Source: Octopus sinensis
Lineage: Eukaryota
Direction: 5' to 3'
Assembly: GCF_006345805.1 (NCBI RefSeq)
Contig: NC_043006.1
Location: 90,706,001-90,770,000, forward strand
DNA length: 64,000 bases
The position numbers were made by a program, and so were the translations under genes. Shown piece by piece: positions 26,648 through 38,622 of the stretch. Position 1 is the first letter of the stretch; the number at the start of each line of letters is the position of its first letter. A model generated the notes under the pieces. That model saw only the letters and a program-made list of their open reading frames with translations. It did not search any database and was not told the origin of the DNA.

Positions 26648-26715
26648 CATATATATATATGTTTGTGTATATATACGTGTGTGTGTTTGTATGTGTGTAT
26701 AGATATTCACAGTCA
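26420..26715. repeat. Compound microsatellite with a duplicated ~95-bp higher-order unit
   Basis: (TG)(TA)n(TG)n-catatatatatatgtttgtgtatatatacgtgtgtgtgtttgtat occurs twice in tandem. Confidence 0.9.
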
Positions 26716-29029
26716 TACACTCGCACACATATAACCTTATTTTTGTTAACTGATTCTGACATATTTGTTTAGAAGGGGTTGTCTTATTTTAGTTTAAGAA
26801 ATTTCTCAGTTCTTATAGCGATCTAAGTTGACACTGTTTTGTAGGAAACAATTTTTTTCTTTCCTTGACTATTATTAATTATATAAGTATATTTTAAATG
26901 ATCTTTGGGCTAAATTATACTAAAGAGATTCGTTTTGTATTAGAATATAAAAAATATCTAATAGATTATTTTACTTATATTGAAGCTTTCCTTTAACTTT
27001 TTTATAACTTTATTGCTTCCTACTTAAAACAAAATCTTTTCTCGTTTTTTTCTTTTATGGGTTCTTTTATGCAAATAGTTTTCTTTACAAATAAAGTATT
27101 TTTGTTTGTTAGTTTTATTTTCACTGTTCTTTCATAAAAGATGCTCTCTATATAATTAACTTTTTGATATTCTGTATTAAATAAATTTAATTAGATTATT
27201 TAAAAAAAAAAAACCCATCAAACTGTTTTCATCTAAAAAATGTGCAAGTGCTTTGTGCAAGGGTTTAAGGAGATAGGGTGCCAATATTTTACCTCTTTGA
27301 AATTTTGTTCATGGCAAACAGGTTATTGTTAATGATGATCCAGGTAGTAAATACAAAAGATATGTATTATAAAAAACACATATTCATCAACCTTAGTTTT
27401 AAGAAGAATACTTGCAAAATTGATTGTTAAATCTCTTTTACTTTCAGCATAATTAAGAAAGCATTGAAAGTGATTTTTATATAGTTAGTTTGAGGTTCTT
27501 AAATCAAATCACTTGACCAGAAACATGCAACAGTTTAATTAAGTAGTAATTATCTTCTAGATTGCATATTTGTCAAGAATGATTACTTGAGATGTTTAAG
27601 AACTAAGAATTAAGTTATTATTTATAGTCAATCTAAGGGACTTTGTAATTTTGCTGACAAATTAAAATTTATATTGCTTACAAACACTAACATATTGAAT
27701 TTTTCATTTGTTAAAGTGAGAAATATGAGTAGTATCTACCCTTCTTCAGGACTTCAGTAATAAAAAGATTAGCTTGATTGAGTGTGCTATCAATATACTC
27801 AGCATCAGAAGTATCAGTCATATTTATTCCCTGGCAGTTTTTCATACAGATGACCATGTATATTGTTGTAGCAGAAATGTGATAAAGTTACTACATTGAT
27901 GATGTTTTGGAGGATGCTGCTGATGACTTGTATAATGTCAATCACAGTTGTATGATATTTTTAGTCAGATTTTGTAAGTTTTGAGCTTTGGTTATCTTTT
28001 GTCTAGTAAGTATTTTACAAGTCATCTATTGTTTTGGGATTACAAAGGCAAAAAGCAAAACCTACAAAATCCCAACAAAGCAGGGAAATTTAAGCTTATA
28101 AGGGACAGCTATTCTGAAAGTTTGCTTTCCAGTTTCCAGTTAGTGTAGGTGGAGCACAATGAGTAATATTTACTGCATTTCTGACTAATATATTCACAAA
28201 TGTTCACTACCTTACAAATAATTATAAGTCAATTAAATGCAATTAATTTTGAAATAATTGGAACTGTTACCGGTGACATTGTGGTTAAGCTGGTATAAAC
28301 ACTTACATAGAAATTCATCTAAAGAATATATGAATTTGTAATTATTTAAATGTTTAATTTCAAAATGATAACTAACAGTATAATTAGATATATTATGTAT
28401 TGAAATTTACCTTCATGCCATTCAGTTTTGTAAATTCTACATTTTAGAAGTTAAGAAAAACACAATTCTGGTATAGGATTAAGTTCTTATGCCTCATCAT
28501 TTATGCAAAATAACATGGCTCACTGAAGTTAAATTGAAAAGTTGCATGTATTATGTGAATTTTAAAGTGTCTGTAGATGCATATTGTTAAGTATATAAAC
28601 AAGTGCAACACTTAAGAAATTTTACTTAGAAACATTGGGTTGCCAGATTAAGTAAAGTTTAAAACAAATATAAGAATAAGGAAACATGTCATTAGTTTTT
28701 AATGCTTACTAATTATGTATTATGCTGCATTTCTATATTTTCTATTTTCCTAGCAAAATAACTGTTAAAAATGTTTAATTTATGTGTGTGTGTATGTGTT
28801 TGTGAAATGTGTCTAGGTATATCTGTATTTGGTGACTTCATTGCATTTTGATAAATATAAAAATGTGCATCTAACTGTCAGGTTTATTTATCTAACAAGT
28901 TGAATTAATAGGATTTTTCTAATATTAAACATTTGCAATTGAGAAGGTGTATCTAATCTGCAAGTTTTTTATTTTTGTGAAGATTAATGATTTCTTGAAC
29001 TCTCTTTCATATTATGTATATACACATAT

Positions 29030-29048
29030 CTCTGTGTGTGTGTGTGTG

Positions 29049-29128
<80 letters not shown>
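29030..29128. repeat. (TG)n(AG)n microsatellite
   Basis: Direct reading of the sequence. Confidence 0.95.
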
Positions 29129-29131
<3 letters not shown>

Positions 29132-29754
29132 TTCATATTGTATATATGTTTTGACAGGTCTTCCCTGATTGATTTAGCAGAGGAATTGAACTGAGGTGTG
29201 TGTGTCTGTGTAAACACATACACGCCCATAAAGTCTTGTTTATTGTACTTGCATCTTAACTTCTCTGTAAATACATAAATTTTAGAAAATAAATGTGAGA
29301 TTTAATTATGCTTAACTCAGCATTATCTAATTCCAAATGTTTGAACAATAACTCAAATCACAGATTTGACTGAAATTGCTATAAATAGAATTTTACTAAA
29401 ATACTTAATAGAAATGTAATTGAATAAATCATTTTATTTATACATATATCATTATTTTAGTGGTCTCAATCATTGGACTGCAACCATGCTGCTATACTGC
29501 TTTGAATAGTTTTTAGCCAATTATATCTTCTTCAATACTTTGCCTGATATTAATTATATTGATTCATGGTAAATGAAAAGCAAGTTTTCCTTCGTGGTGT
29601 CATGAAAGATAACTCAATATGAATTATTGCAAGGCATCTCTGTTCAATGCACCAGTCTTGTTCATTCCAACACTGATATAATCCTACAATATATATGTAT
29701 GATGGCCTTCCGCATCAAGTTTCTTGGCAGGGAAACTGACATGGACTGTCATAT

Positions 29755-30125
29755 TTGACATGGCTGCAGGATTAAGTTCGTTTTACAACTATGGGATCTT
29801 GGGTTCAGCCACTTTTTATGCATTTTGGGCAAATCTCTTCTACTACAGCCCTGGACTGAACCAAAGGTGAGTGAATTTAGTTGATGGAAACGTTGCAGAA
29901 GTCTATTGTTTAGGTACATGTACATCTTTTTTGTGATTGTTTTCATCTCGCATCACTTGACAACCAGTGTTGCTCTGTTTTTTACATCCCAGCAACTTAG
30001 CAGTTTGGCAAAAAGACTCCAATAAGAATAAGTACTGGATTGATTTGATTGACTAAATCCTTCACTGCAGTATCCCAGTATGACTGCGTTCTAATAATGG
30101 GAACAAATAAGAATAAAAGAATAAA
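29755..30125 (+). mobile_element. Old family-B CORE-like SINE
   Basis: ttgggcaaatctcttctactacagccc...cttgacaaccagtgttg...cttagcagtttggcaaaaagac...ccagtatgactgcg...; collinear with 30470-30938. Confidence 0.7.
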
Positions 30126-30469
30126 TAGAAGTTTTCTGAACAGCTTTAGTCTAAAATTTCATTTGCAAGACCAATGTAGAAGGGACTGAGCCAAGGAGAT
30201 GCACAGTGGGATGACACTAGGAAGCATTGGATCTTGTGCCTAAACTTTTCAATTAATTGACTGAATGTTCTGTTTAAAGATAGACACACCTAAATGACTG
30301 TCGTGGTTAGGAACTCATAAACCCTCACTTAGTTGATTGTCTAATTTGATGACTAATTTATTTTCATTAGTTTATAATTCATTTCCATGTAAATTATATT
30401 GTTCCCTGGACTTGTTTTTGTTACTCACATGTTTTGATGGGAGTGGTTATGAACTTATAAAGTAAAATA

Positions 30470-30938
30470 GGCGTAGGAGTGGCTGTGTGGTAAGTAGCTT
30501 ACTTACCAACCACATGGTTCCAGGTTCAGTTCCACTGTGTGGCACCTTGGGCAAGTGTCTTCTACTATAGCCTCGGGCCAGCCAAAGCCTTTTGAGTGGA
30601 TTTGGTAGATGGAAACGGAAAGAAGCCCATCGTATATATGTGTATGTGTGTGTGTGTATATATATATGTATATATATATGTGTGTGTGTATGTATGTGTG
30701 TGTATATGTTTGTGCGTGTATATGTTTGTGCGTCTGTGTTTGCCCCCCCCCCCAACATTGCTTGACAACTGATGCTTGTGTGTTTAAGTCCCCGTAATTT
30801 AGCAGTTCGGCAAAAAGAGGCCGATAGAATAAGTACTACTAGGCTTACAAAGAATGAGTCCTGGGATCGATTTGCTGGACTAAAGGCGGTGCTCCAGCAT
30901 GGCTGCAATCAAATGACTGAAACAAGTAAAAGAGTAAA
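30470..30938 (+). mobile_element. Full-length family-B tRNA/CORE-like SINE with internal (TA/TG)n
   Basis: A-box tggctgtgtggt, B-box ggttcagttcc, CORE-like ggcaccttgggcaagtgtcttctactatagcc, internal microsatellite, tail ccagcatggctgcaatcaaatgactgaaacaagtaaaagag. Confidence 0.9.
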
Positions 30939-31299
30939 TACACATACCCAACAGTTACAATTTTGGCTTTGGGAAGACTAGTGTCTCTCAAGCTTGAGTG
31001 AAGCTGCCATTTAACTTGCAAGACAGGAAAGAATAGAGAAAAAAGAATAAAGGAAAAAGCTTCTACTACTAAGAAGAAGTATTTGGAAGGGAAAGGGTGG
31101 AAGTAGGTGGCAGTTTGATAGGCATTGAAAGGCTAAAGTATGATAGAGGGGTGAGGGTCTTGCTCTTGATGTGATATATGGCTGAAGGAAATAAGAGGAA
31201 AGCAGTGATGGGATGCTAGAACAAACTCTCAAAGAATGAGAGAGGAGATGGAAGGTTGATCATAGGAGGGGATAGAGAGAGTGGATGCTTTCATAAAAG

Positions 31300-31690
31300 T
31301 GTGAGGACAGAGACAGAGGTTAGTGTATAAGCGATGAACAAGGCTGGTGGTTCAGATGGTGGGAAATACCAGTCTGTAGAAGAGTAAGGCAGGTGATATA
31401 GAAATGGCACAGGAAAAAGAGTAGAAGCCAAAATAGTAGAATGACGTGCAAGGTACAGGAGCAGTGGAGAGGGAGATATTGGGATACATAATGGAATATA
31501 ATAGGTAGGATATGGCTAGGTGTTAAGAATGATAGTAGATAACAGAGATATTTAGAATGGAGTATAGCAGAGGGAAGATGATGAGGAATGGAAATAGTTC
31601 CAGGTGCTGGAGACTGATTGGGGTGGGGAGATACTGCTTTCAGCTAGGTGATGCAGCTGCTTAGTACTATGTATGGAGTGGGATGAAAAT
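31300..31690 (-). mobile_element. Possible very old LINE relic (CR1/L2-like RT C-terminus)
   Basis: Purine-rich + strand; the minus strand is loosely reminiscent of the LQ.L.HRR..SSLSLFY region seen at 63535-63700. Heavily degraded. Confidence 0.25.
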
Positions 31691-31759
31691 AGGGGTCAGA
31701 ATACTTGCTGTGACAAGAAGAAAGAAGAGTGGCAGAGGGACAGTGCCTCACATGCACAA

Positions 31760-31930
31760 GCACAACTGAGTGAATTTAGGATATTGTTTTTGCTGTAAAG
31801 GGCAGGTTTTCTTGAGCACAGCAAAATGTCAATCATTAGGTCCTTTGATATCTCCTTTGTAAGGCTCAGCATCTGGAGATCAGCCTTCAGTACTTCCTCC
31901 CCTGTCTTCCTGAGTCTACATCTCAAATGA
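31760..31930 (-). mobile_element. RTE LINE ORF C-terminal fragment
   Basis: RCRLRKTGEEVLKADLQMLSLTKEISKD aligns with the RTE C-terminal motif GRPRKTW.EVVK.DL..LGLTEEM..D. Confidence 0.7.
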
Positions 31931-33339
31931 GTTCAATCCATACACTTATTTTTTATATAATTTTCCTCATCCATACACATCAAGTGACCAAATCAATGCA
32001 GTTTTCTCTGATTCCTCTAATGCCTAACTTTTCTCTCAATACATTTCTACTCTGTCATACACACACATTGCACATCCAGTGGAGCATACTTTCTCATCTG
32101 CTCTTATTCTGTTTCTAATTAATTGGGTTATGACTCTCTCTGTAACTTTCATCACCTGATCCAGCAATTTAACTTATTACATGTACATATATGTGTACAT
32201 GTATAACATATAAAGGAATTTGTGTTGGAAAGGGCATCTCATTATAAAACCATGCCAGAATGGAAGGAACCAGGAGAGAGAAGAAGCATATTGTGGAGAG
32301 GGGTTTTTCACTATCATTGAGAACAGACTCTCTTGTGTTGTTGGTATTATGAAATGTGCCCACTCTGAAGTGATAACACTCTGTGTTCAGAATGGTATCC
32401 TGCTATAAAATGCATGGCATAGAAGAAAAACTGAATTGAGACAACATAAGGTAAAGGGACTTCTCACTTGCGTCGGGGACAACCTATTTGCACTTTAAAC
32501 TGATTGGGGATGGAAAGGGCCCCTCGTTATGGAATCTATGCTAAAATGACATTGATAACAACTACGTAAGTTTTTCTCTCACCCAAGATGTCATTCACTG
32601 CTATTGAAATCTGTATCTTATGATTGTAAAGGGAACTTCTAAGTCAGTCAGCCATACTGTATCCACTATATGTGTTTGTGTGTGTGTATGTATTTATGCA
32701 TTGGAAACTTCTTTTATTAAAAAATGCATAGTGTATGTATGTAAGTTGTAATTTATTGAATGAAATCTGTTTCCTTCTTTTATCTTTACTATATTCATAT
32801 TAAAATGAAAGTAAATGAGACATCTACAACTTGTACACTATACCTATCAATAAGTCAAATTGAGCTACCTGCTGAGCTAAATGAGATATGGAAACTTAAA
32901 GTATAATTTCCTTAAACAGGTACTGTTCTAAATTCACTGAAAATATTATTAGTAAAATGTTGTGTTAGAAGATTTTTATAAGTCGGAAAATGAATGGCTG
33001 ATGCACTGTCTCATATTACCATTGAAACTTATGTAACTAAAATTTTCTTAAGCCAGTAATTTTTGTTTTAGTTCTGTACTGTTAGCATAACAATAAGTTT
33101 TCTTTTGATATCATTTTACTTTTGTTTATAAAAATCAAAAAAATTTGTATTTTGAAACATTAACTTATAGTTTTTGACTGGTTGTCTAATGAATTGATGG
33201 AAAGTTAGTGAAGATGTACAAACCATAAGCGTTTTTGAAAATATTTACTCAGAATGATACAATCTATAAGAATATAAACAAACATTTGACAGTTTAAAAA
33301 TCATATGAAGACATGTTTATATATATATATATATATGGA

Positions 33340-33909
33340 GCCAGCCTACGTATGCATACCTTCCCTTCTTGGGACACAAAACTCTACTTGTGAAGACGTG
33401 TTGAGGCAAGTGAGGATCAGAATCGAAATCGATCAATGGAAATTGCGGATGTGCTACCAGTGCCGGTGGCATGTCGAAACTCTGCTTGTGAAGACCCATT
33501 GAGGCAAGTGAGGATCAGAATCGAAATCGATCAATGGAAATCGATCAATGGAAATTGCAGATGTGTTACCAGTGCCGGTGGCATGTAAGAGAACTTTCCG
33601 TTTCACGACTGTTGCCAGCACCGCCCCATTTCGTGTCCGTTGCCAGCCTCGCCTGGCCCTCGTGCCGGTGGCACATAAAAAGCACCATCCGTTCGTGGCC
33701 GTTTGCCAGCTCTGTCTGGCACCAGTGCGGGTGGCACGTAAAAAGCACCCACTACACTCACGGAGTGGTTGGCGTTAGGAAGGGCATCCAGCCATAGAAA
33801 CACTGCCAGATTTGACTGGGCCTGATGAAGCCTCTGGCTTCACAGACCCCAGTAGAACCGTCCAACCCATGCTAGCATGGAAAACGGACGCTAAATGATG
33901 ATGATGATG

Positions 33910-33912
<3 letters not shown>
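33340..33912 (+). mobile_element. RTE 3'UTR-derived copy (young, CpG-rich) with an internal tandem duplication
   Basis: gcataccttcccttcttgggacacaaaactc...aaaaagcacccactacactcacggagtggttggcgttaggaagggcatcc...cccatgctagcatggaaaacggacgctaaatgatgatgatg. The same tail follows RTE coding remnants at 38036-38585 and 47770-48511. Confidence 0.8.
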
Positions 33913-33960
<48 letters not shown>

Positions 33961-34188
33961 TACATACCCACTCTTACATATGTATACATATAATAACTAC
34001 ACGATTATGTATTTTCTTCAGTTTTTAAGTATTTTGTGCTCTATGTAAATGTGTATGTATGTATGTGTGTGTGTGTATGTATGTATATGTCAAGCCTAAT
34101 TGTGTTTATCTACATTACTACCTCCTTAATACAGACACGTGCGTATGTATGTATATGTGTATATCTATCTATCTATCTATCTGTCTAT

Positions 34189-34221
<33 letters not shown>

Positions 34222-34246
34222 CCCCCCTCTCTCTCTCTCTCTCTAC

Positions 34247-34284
<38 letters not shown>

Positions 34285-34320
34285 CATGTGTATACATGTG
34301 TCTATATTTATATATATATA
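33913..34320. repeat. Compound microsatellites (TA)n(CA)n, (TATC)n, (CT)n, (TA)n
   Basis: Direct reading of the sequence. Confidence 0.9.
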
Positions 34321-35089
34321 TTTAATGTACTGTCAAATTACTCTCCTCTTCAAAATTTCTTCACTTGGCAAATGAGGTGTACAGTAATAATCTTCAAAGA
34401 AATTCTTGTTATAGTCTCCAGAATTTGAATTTAATTATCGAATTAGGACATTCTTTTTTTGTTTTATCTTCCAATGCAACCTTTTAAAGTGAATTTTCCA
34501 ATTTTTATGAAAATAAGACATCCACCTCCTGCATATTTTGTTTTATAAAGATGGTTTCAATAAGAAATTGATATAATTGTGGCAATATATCATATTTTGT
34601 AACCTTTGATTGAAAAATTATTTTCAGAAAGCATATGTCATTTAAATGCTTATGTCATTTCATGTCCTAAATGTCTTCTGTCATAAATGACATCAATATT
34701 TGTGGTATATGGCTTAAAATATTTAATGATGCTATTTGAATTTAAAATTCTTCCAAATACATTTTTTTAATGAGCTATTTTTTTTTTAATATATACCCCA
34801 AATGATATCTAGTTGGACATGATAAGCAAGAATTTAATTTGTTTTACTTTTAAAATTTAAACATGCTATAACATTCTTTTTCTAAATCAATTTTGGGCAT
34901 ATGATCTCTAAAGAGAATGAATCTAATACTTAAGGGATCATTACTTTAATGTTAGTGGGTCTTAATAGCTTCAGTATGGATAAAACTAAACACATTTTCT
35001 CAATCTGATTATTTGTGCATCAGCCATGTCTAGAAAAACAACCTTTTGGAAGTTGATATTTTAGGAAAATTATACAACACATCAAAGAG

Positions 35090-35533
35090 AAATTCATCAT
35101 CATCATTATCATCATCCTCTTCTTTTAACATCTTCTTTGTCATGCTTGCATGGATCATACAGAATGTTTCAAGGCAGAGTTCTCTGGCCTCATGCCCATC
35201 CCATCACCTATTTTTAAACATGGTAATGTTTCCTCATGCCTGGACACGCCTTCACAGAATATTAGAAATGAAGAACACTGCTTGTATTAGTGTGATACTC
35301 ATTTATTACTATCACATGATGTCAAGATGAGGACACACACACACACACACATATGCACACACTCAAATGCACAGAAGTTGACAACACCCTTTTTCAGTTT
35401 CCATCTATCAAATACACCTAGAAAACGTTGATCAACTGAAAGTTATAGTAGAAGACACTTGTCCAAAGGTTCATGTAGTAGAACCAAACTGAAAACCATG
35501 TTGTGAGGAAACAAACTTCTTAACCATACAGCC
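35090..35533 (-). mobile_element. Family-B SINE with RTE-like (ATG)n tail
   Basis: Reverse complement of 52499-52930: head at 35533, gttatagtagaagacacttgtcc core, (CA)n, and (CAT)n tail at 35090-35115. Confidence 0.75.
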
Positions 35534-35629
35534 AAATATTTTTAGCCATATCTGAAAGAATTGTTTGGTATATCTAGAGAGAACATTCAAGTCTACATCA
35601 CCAGAATATTTTTCTGGATACTGATAGAG

Positions 35630-36080
35630 AGATGAGAAAGTTCAGAAAGTTATTACGTCTATTGACAACAAAAGGCCTGTCCTTCAGAATGAAAGACAGA
35701 CTAGATTGTATGATGCTAGTTTATGAATGGCTATGCTCTGTGATAGTGAGATATGGGCCTGAATGCAAAGGATGTGCAAAGACTAGAGGAATGAAGCTAA
35801 CATGATCCATTGGACATGCAACATAAGTGTACAATGTAGAACAAAGTGCAAATGTGTGAAAGTAAAGTTAGATACAAAAGGAATCAGTTGTAGCATGCAA
35901 TGATATTTTGGACAAGTAAGGCTTATGAATGAAGGCAGATATATAAAAGAGAGATGATTGCTTAAAGTGGATGGGACCTGTAGAAGAGGAAATCCAGGAA
36001 GATATGGGATGAAGTAATGAGGACTGCTTGCAATATGCTGAGCCAAATGGAGGCGATAACGGACCAAGATGTTTGGTGAT
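35630..36080 (+). mobile_element. RTE LINE RT C-terminal region, degenerate
   Basis: KFRKLLRLLTTKGLSFRMK.RLYDA...AMLCDSEIWALNAKDVQRLE.NEANMIHW.CNISV...KVDGTCRRG.P.KIWDEVM, the typical RTE-BovB-like C-terminus. Confidence 0.85.
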
Positions 36081-36099
36081 AAAAGGTTTTTGAGAAGAT

Positions 36100-36330
36100 C
36101 CTCCCACCTCATAAAACTGAGTTCTGGAAGTGCTGTGTATTTCACCCACACATAACATTAATTTGCACACCCCACTCCAATCAACCAAACTACATCTCTT
36201 CATGCACTCTGCTTCTCTCCCTCCCTGTGTCCTTGCAGCCCACTGCCACTTTATCATCTCTCTCACCTGTCCTCTTTCTGCATATTGTATCATTGTCATC
36301 CTGCTGCCTATCATTCACTGCTTTACCCTT
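36100..36330 (-). mobile_element. Second RTE fragment, antisense and tail-to-tail with 35630-36080
   Basis: Minus strand ...EAECMKRCSL...SGVCK loosely matches RTE DSCVKKC.SL.VEG.C; degraded. Confidence 0.45.
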
Positions 36331-36519
36331 CTCTTCCCCTCTATTATGTCCAGATCTCTGTAACATTCCACTGGAGTATTCATATATCTCTTCTACAACA
36401 AGACACTTGCTTCTATCCTTCTATCATAGTTTAACCTCTTATTACCTGCCACAAAGCGACCTCCCTCAGTACCATTATTCCTCTCAGTTAAGGGTTTTTG
36501 TTTTGTAATTTACTTGGTA

Positions 36520-36720
36520 AACTCACCAGTGCTGATGCCATGTAAAAAGCACCCAGCCCACTCTGCAAAGTGGTTGGCGTAAGGAAAGGCATTCAACTGT
36601 AGAAACCATGCCAAAGCAGGCAGTAGGGCTTGATGCAGTCCTCTGGCTTGCCAGTTCCTGTCAAACTGTCCAACCCATGCTAGCATGGGGAAACAGATAT
36701 TTAATGATTATGATGATGTT
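36520..36720 (+). mobile_element. RTE-type 3' tail copy
   Basis: aaaaagcacccagcccactctgcaaagtggttggcgtaaggaaaggcattcaactgtagaaacc...ccaacccatgctagcatgg...gatgatg. Confidence 0.8.
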
Positions 36721-37260
36721 AGTGTAATTTACAGAAATGTTTGAGAGAACTCATTCGGTTCTAACTGTACTGACACCCATTGAGATCCAGTTGTGCTAAC
36801 ATTGGTTGTCAGCACATTTTGTCTAGAGAACCCTAAAAAGTGTTGTCAATCCAGATTAAAGGTACCTTTTTTAAAAATTTCAAATTGATTAGAACTGTAA
36901 AGTTCTAAACTAGACTTTATAGAACATTTGCTTTGCTCCAGTCTTCTCTTTTTTTTTTTTGCTATTTACTTTGACAGTGAGCAACAGGATTGCAATGCCC
37001 ATAGCATTTCTAGATTTGTCTAAACACAGAAGATTGGGTAGAACACTTTTGCTTAATTTTCTGCTTCAAACCGTGGAAAATAGGTCATTGAAGTGAAAAC
37101 ATAGTGGTGACATATGTGGGAAAGAATTGACCCAGAGTTTTTAGAACAGGCTCAAGAAGGGATAAAACAATATGACAGGTGCATGAGAAACATATATCAA
37201 GTGGATTCACATTTTGCAATATACAGTTAACAAATTCAGAGGAATAGGGATCACGTAAAG

Positions 37261-37428
37261 AAGGCAGCCAGCTGGCAGAATTGTTAGCAAGCCAGGCAAA
37301 ATACTTAGCAACATTTCATCCATCTTCACATTCATCATCATCATCATCATCATTGTCATTCTAATTTCAAATTCTGTTGGGTTCAACTTAGTCTTTCATC
37401 CTTTTGATGATAAATACCAGTTACGCAC
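37261..37428 (+). mobile_element. Family-A SINE, 3' end interrupted
   Basis: aaggcagccagctggcagaattgttagc...gtctttcatccttttgatgataaataccagttacgcact, then an abrupt switch to (AAT)n. Confidence 0.75.
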
Positions 37429-37445
37429 TAATAATAATAATGATG

Positions 37446-37482
<37 letters not shown>

Positions 37483-38035
37483 TTACAATAAATGCCCTGA
37501 TGCAGTACCAGGTATTGGCTATCATGGCTTCTGATCTTAACTGATTGGAAGTGTTATCATGTACATTGTTTTGTCTTGGTATAAAAGATGCGCTACAGCA
37601 AATATTCTGCTCAATATCAAAGATTTGCTTGTCAGATGTTTGACTATAACCAGTTGAGCATGTCCCTTGGTGGCTGACAATATGTGCATTTCTGATCACG
37701 AGCAGAAGTAGTGGGGAGCATCATAGTCATGTGTTGAGAGGAATTCTTTGTGGTTTGAAGAATTCACCTCTGGAAACATGAGTGTCTCATTCAACATCCT
37801 TAAACAACCCTTATTTAAGGACCATTTGAGTGGGATGGGCTACTTGACCTGACAAAAATCCTAACTGGGCCATACCTGCGAAGTAATGCGCTTGATATGA
37901 GATCACCATGTCGAGCACATATGGTTGTGATGAATGTGCCTGGTATACCCTTATCAAATGGGTAATCATGATGGGTTTACTGGGCCTCATATATTTTACT
38001 TTAGTGTCACTTTGATGGCATTCACTGCTCTCTCA
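37429..38035 (-). mobile_element. Retroposon 3' fragment with (ATT)n tail (class unresolved)
   Basis: The minus strand ends ...gtactgcatcagggcatttattgtaatc(att)n. I recall this as an abundant Octopus repeat; no protein homology recognised. Confidence 0.6.
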
Positions 38036-38622
38036 ATCATCATCATCATTTAGTGTCTGTTGTCCATACTGGCATGGGTTGGACGGTTTCACCAGGGCTG
38101 GCAAGCTGGAAGGCTGCACCAGACTCCAGTCTAACTTGGCATGGTTTCTATGGCTGGACGCCCTTCCTAATGTCAACCACTCCGAGAGTGTAATGGGTGC
38201 TTTTACATGTCACCAGCATGGGTGCCATTTGATTCACACCGGTATCTGTCATGACTGCAGGTTTACATGGCTTGATGGGTCTTCTCAAGCACAGCATAAT
38301 GCCTAAGGTCTCAGTCATTGCCTCCATGCGGCCCAACATTCAAAAGGAGCTGTTCACATGCCACCAGCATCAGCCACTTTGCCTCTGTGTAGTCCGATGC
38401 ATGAAAAGTGCTACTTACGTGCCACCAGCATGGGTGCCAGTTACCAGCATCAGCCACAACTGCGATTTCATTTGGTTTGACGAGTCTTCTCTAGCACATC
38501 ATATTACCAAAGGTCTCAGTCACTAGTCATTGCCTCTGTGAGGCCCAAAGTTCAAAGATCATGCTTCACCACTTCTTCCTGGGTCTACCTCTACCTGTGG
38601 TAGAGGTAGTGGTAGAGGTAGA
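38036..38622 (-). mobile_element. RTE LINE 3' end with a tandemly repeated C-terminus/UTR and a short inverted 5' end
   Basis: Minus strand GRGRPRK..EVVKHDL*TLGLTEAMTSD*DLW*YDVLEKTRQ, a second ...EAMTETL.HYAVLEKT copy downstream, then the tail ending (ATG)n at 38036-38050. Confidence 0.85.

Noticed and set aside
33378-33590. Direct repeats that could be mistaken for a CRISPR-like array
   Set aside because: Two adjacent ~98-bp units with no unique spacers, inside a eukaryotic retroelement.
33305-33803. Overlapping 60-87 aa ORFs in GC-richer islands (also 38079-38526, 40438-41124 and 47802-48229)
   Set aside because: They lie in RTE 3'UTR or tail repeats; higher GC reduces stop frequency, and the peptides (e.g. 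LDALPN) recur between copies.
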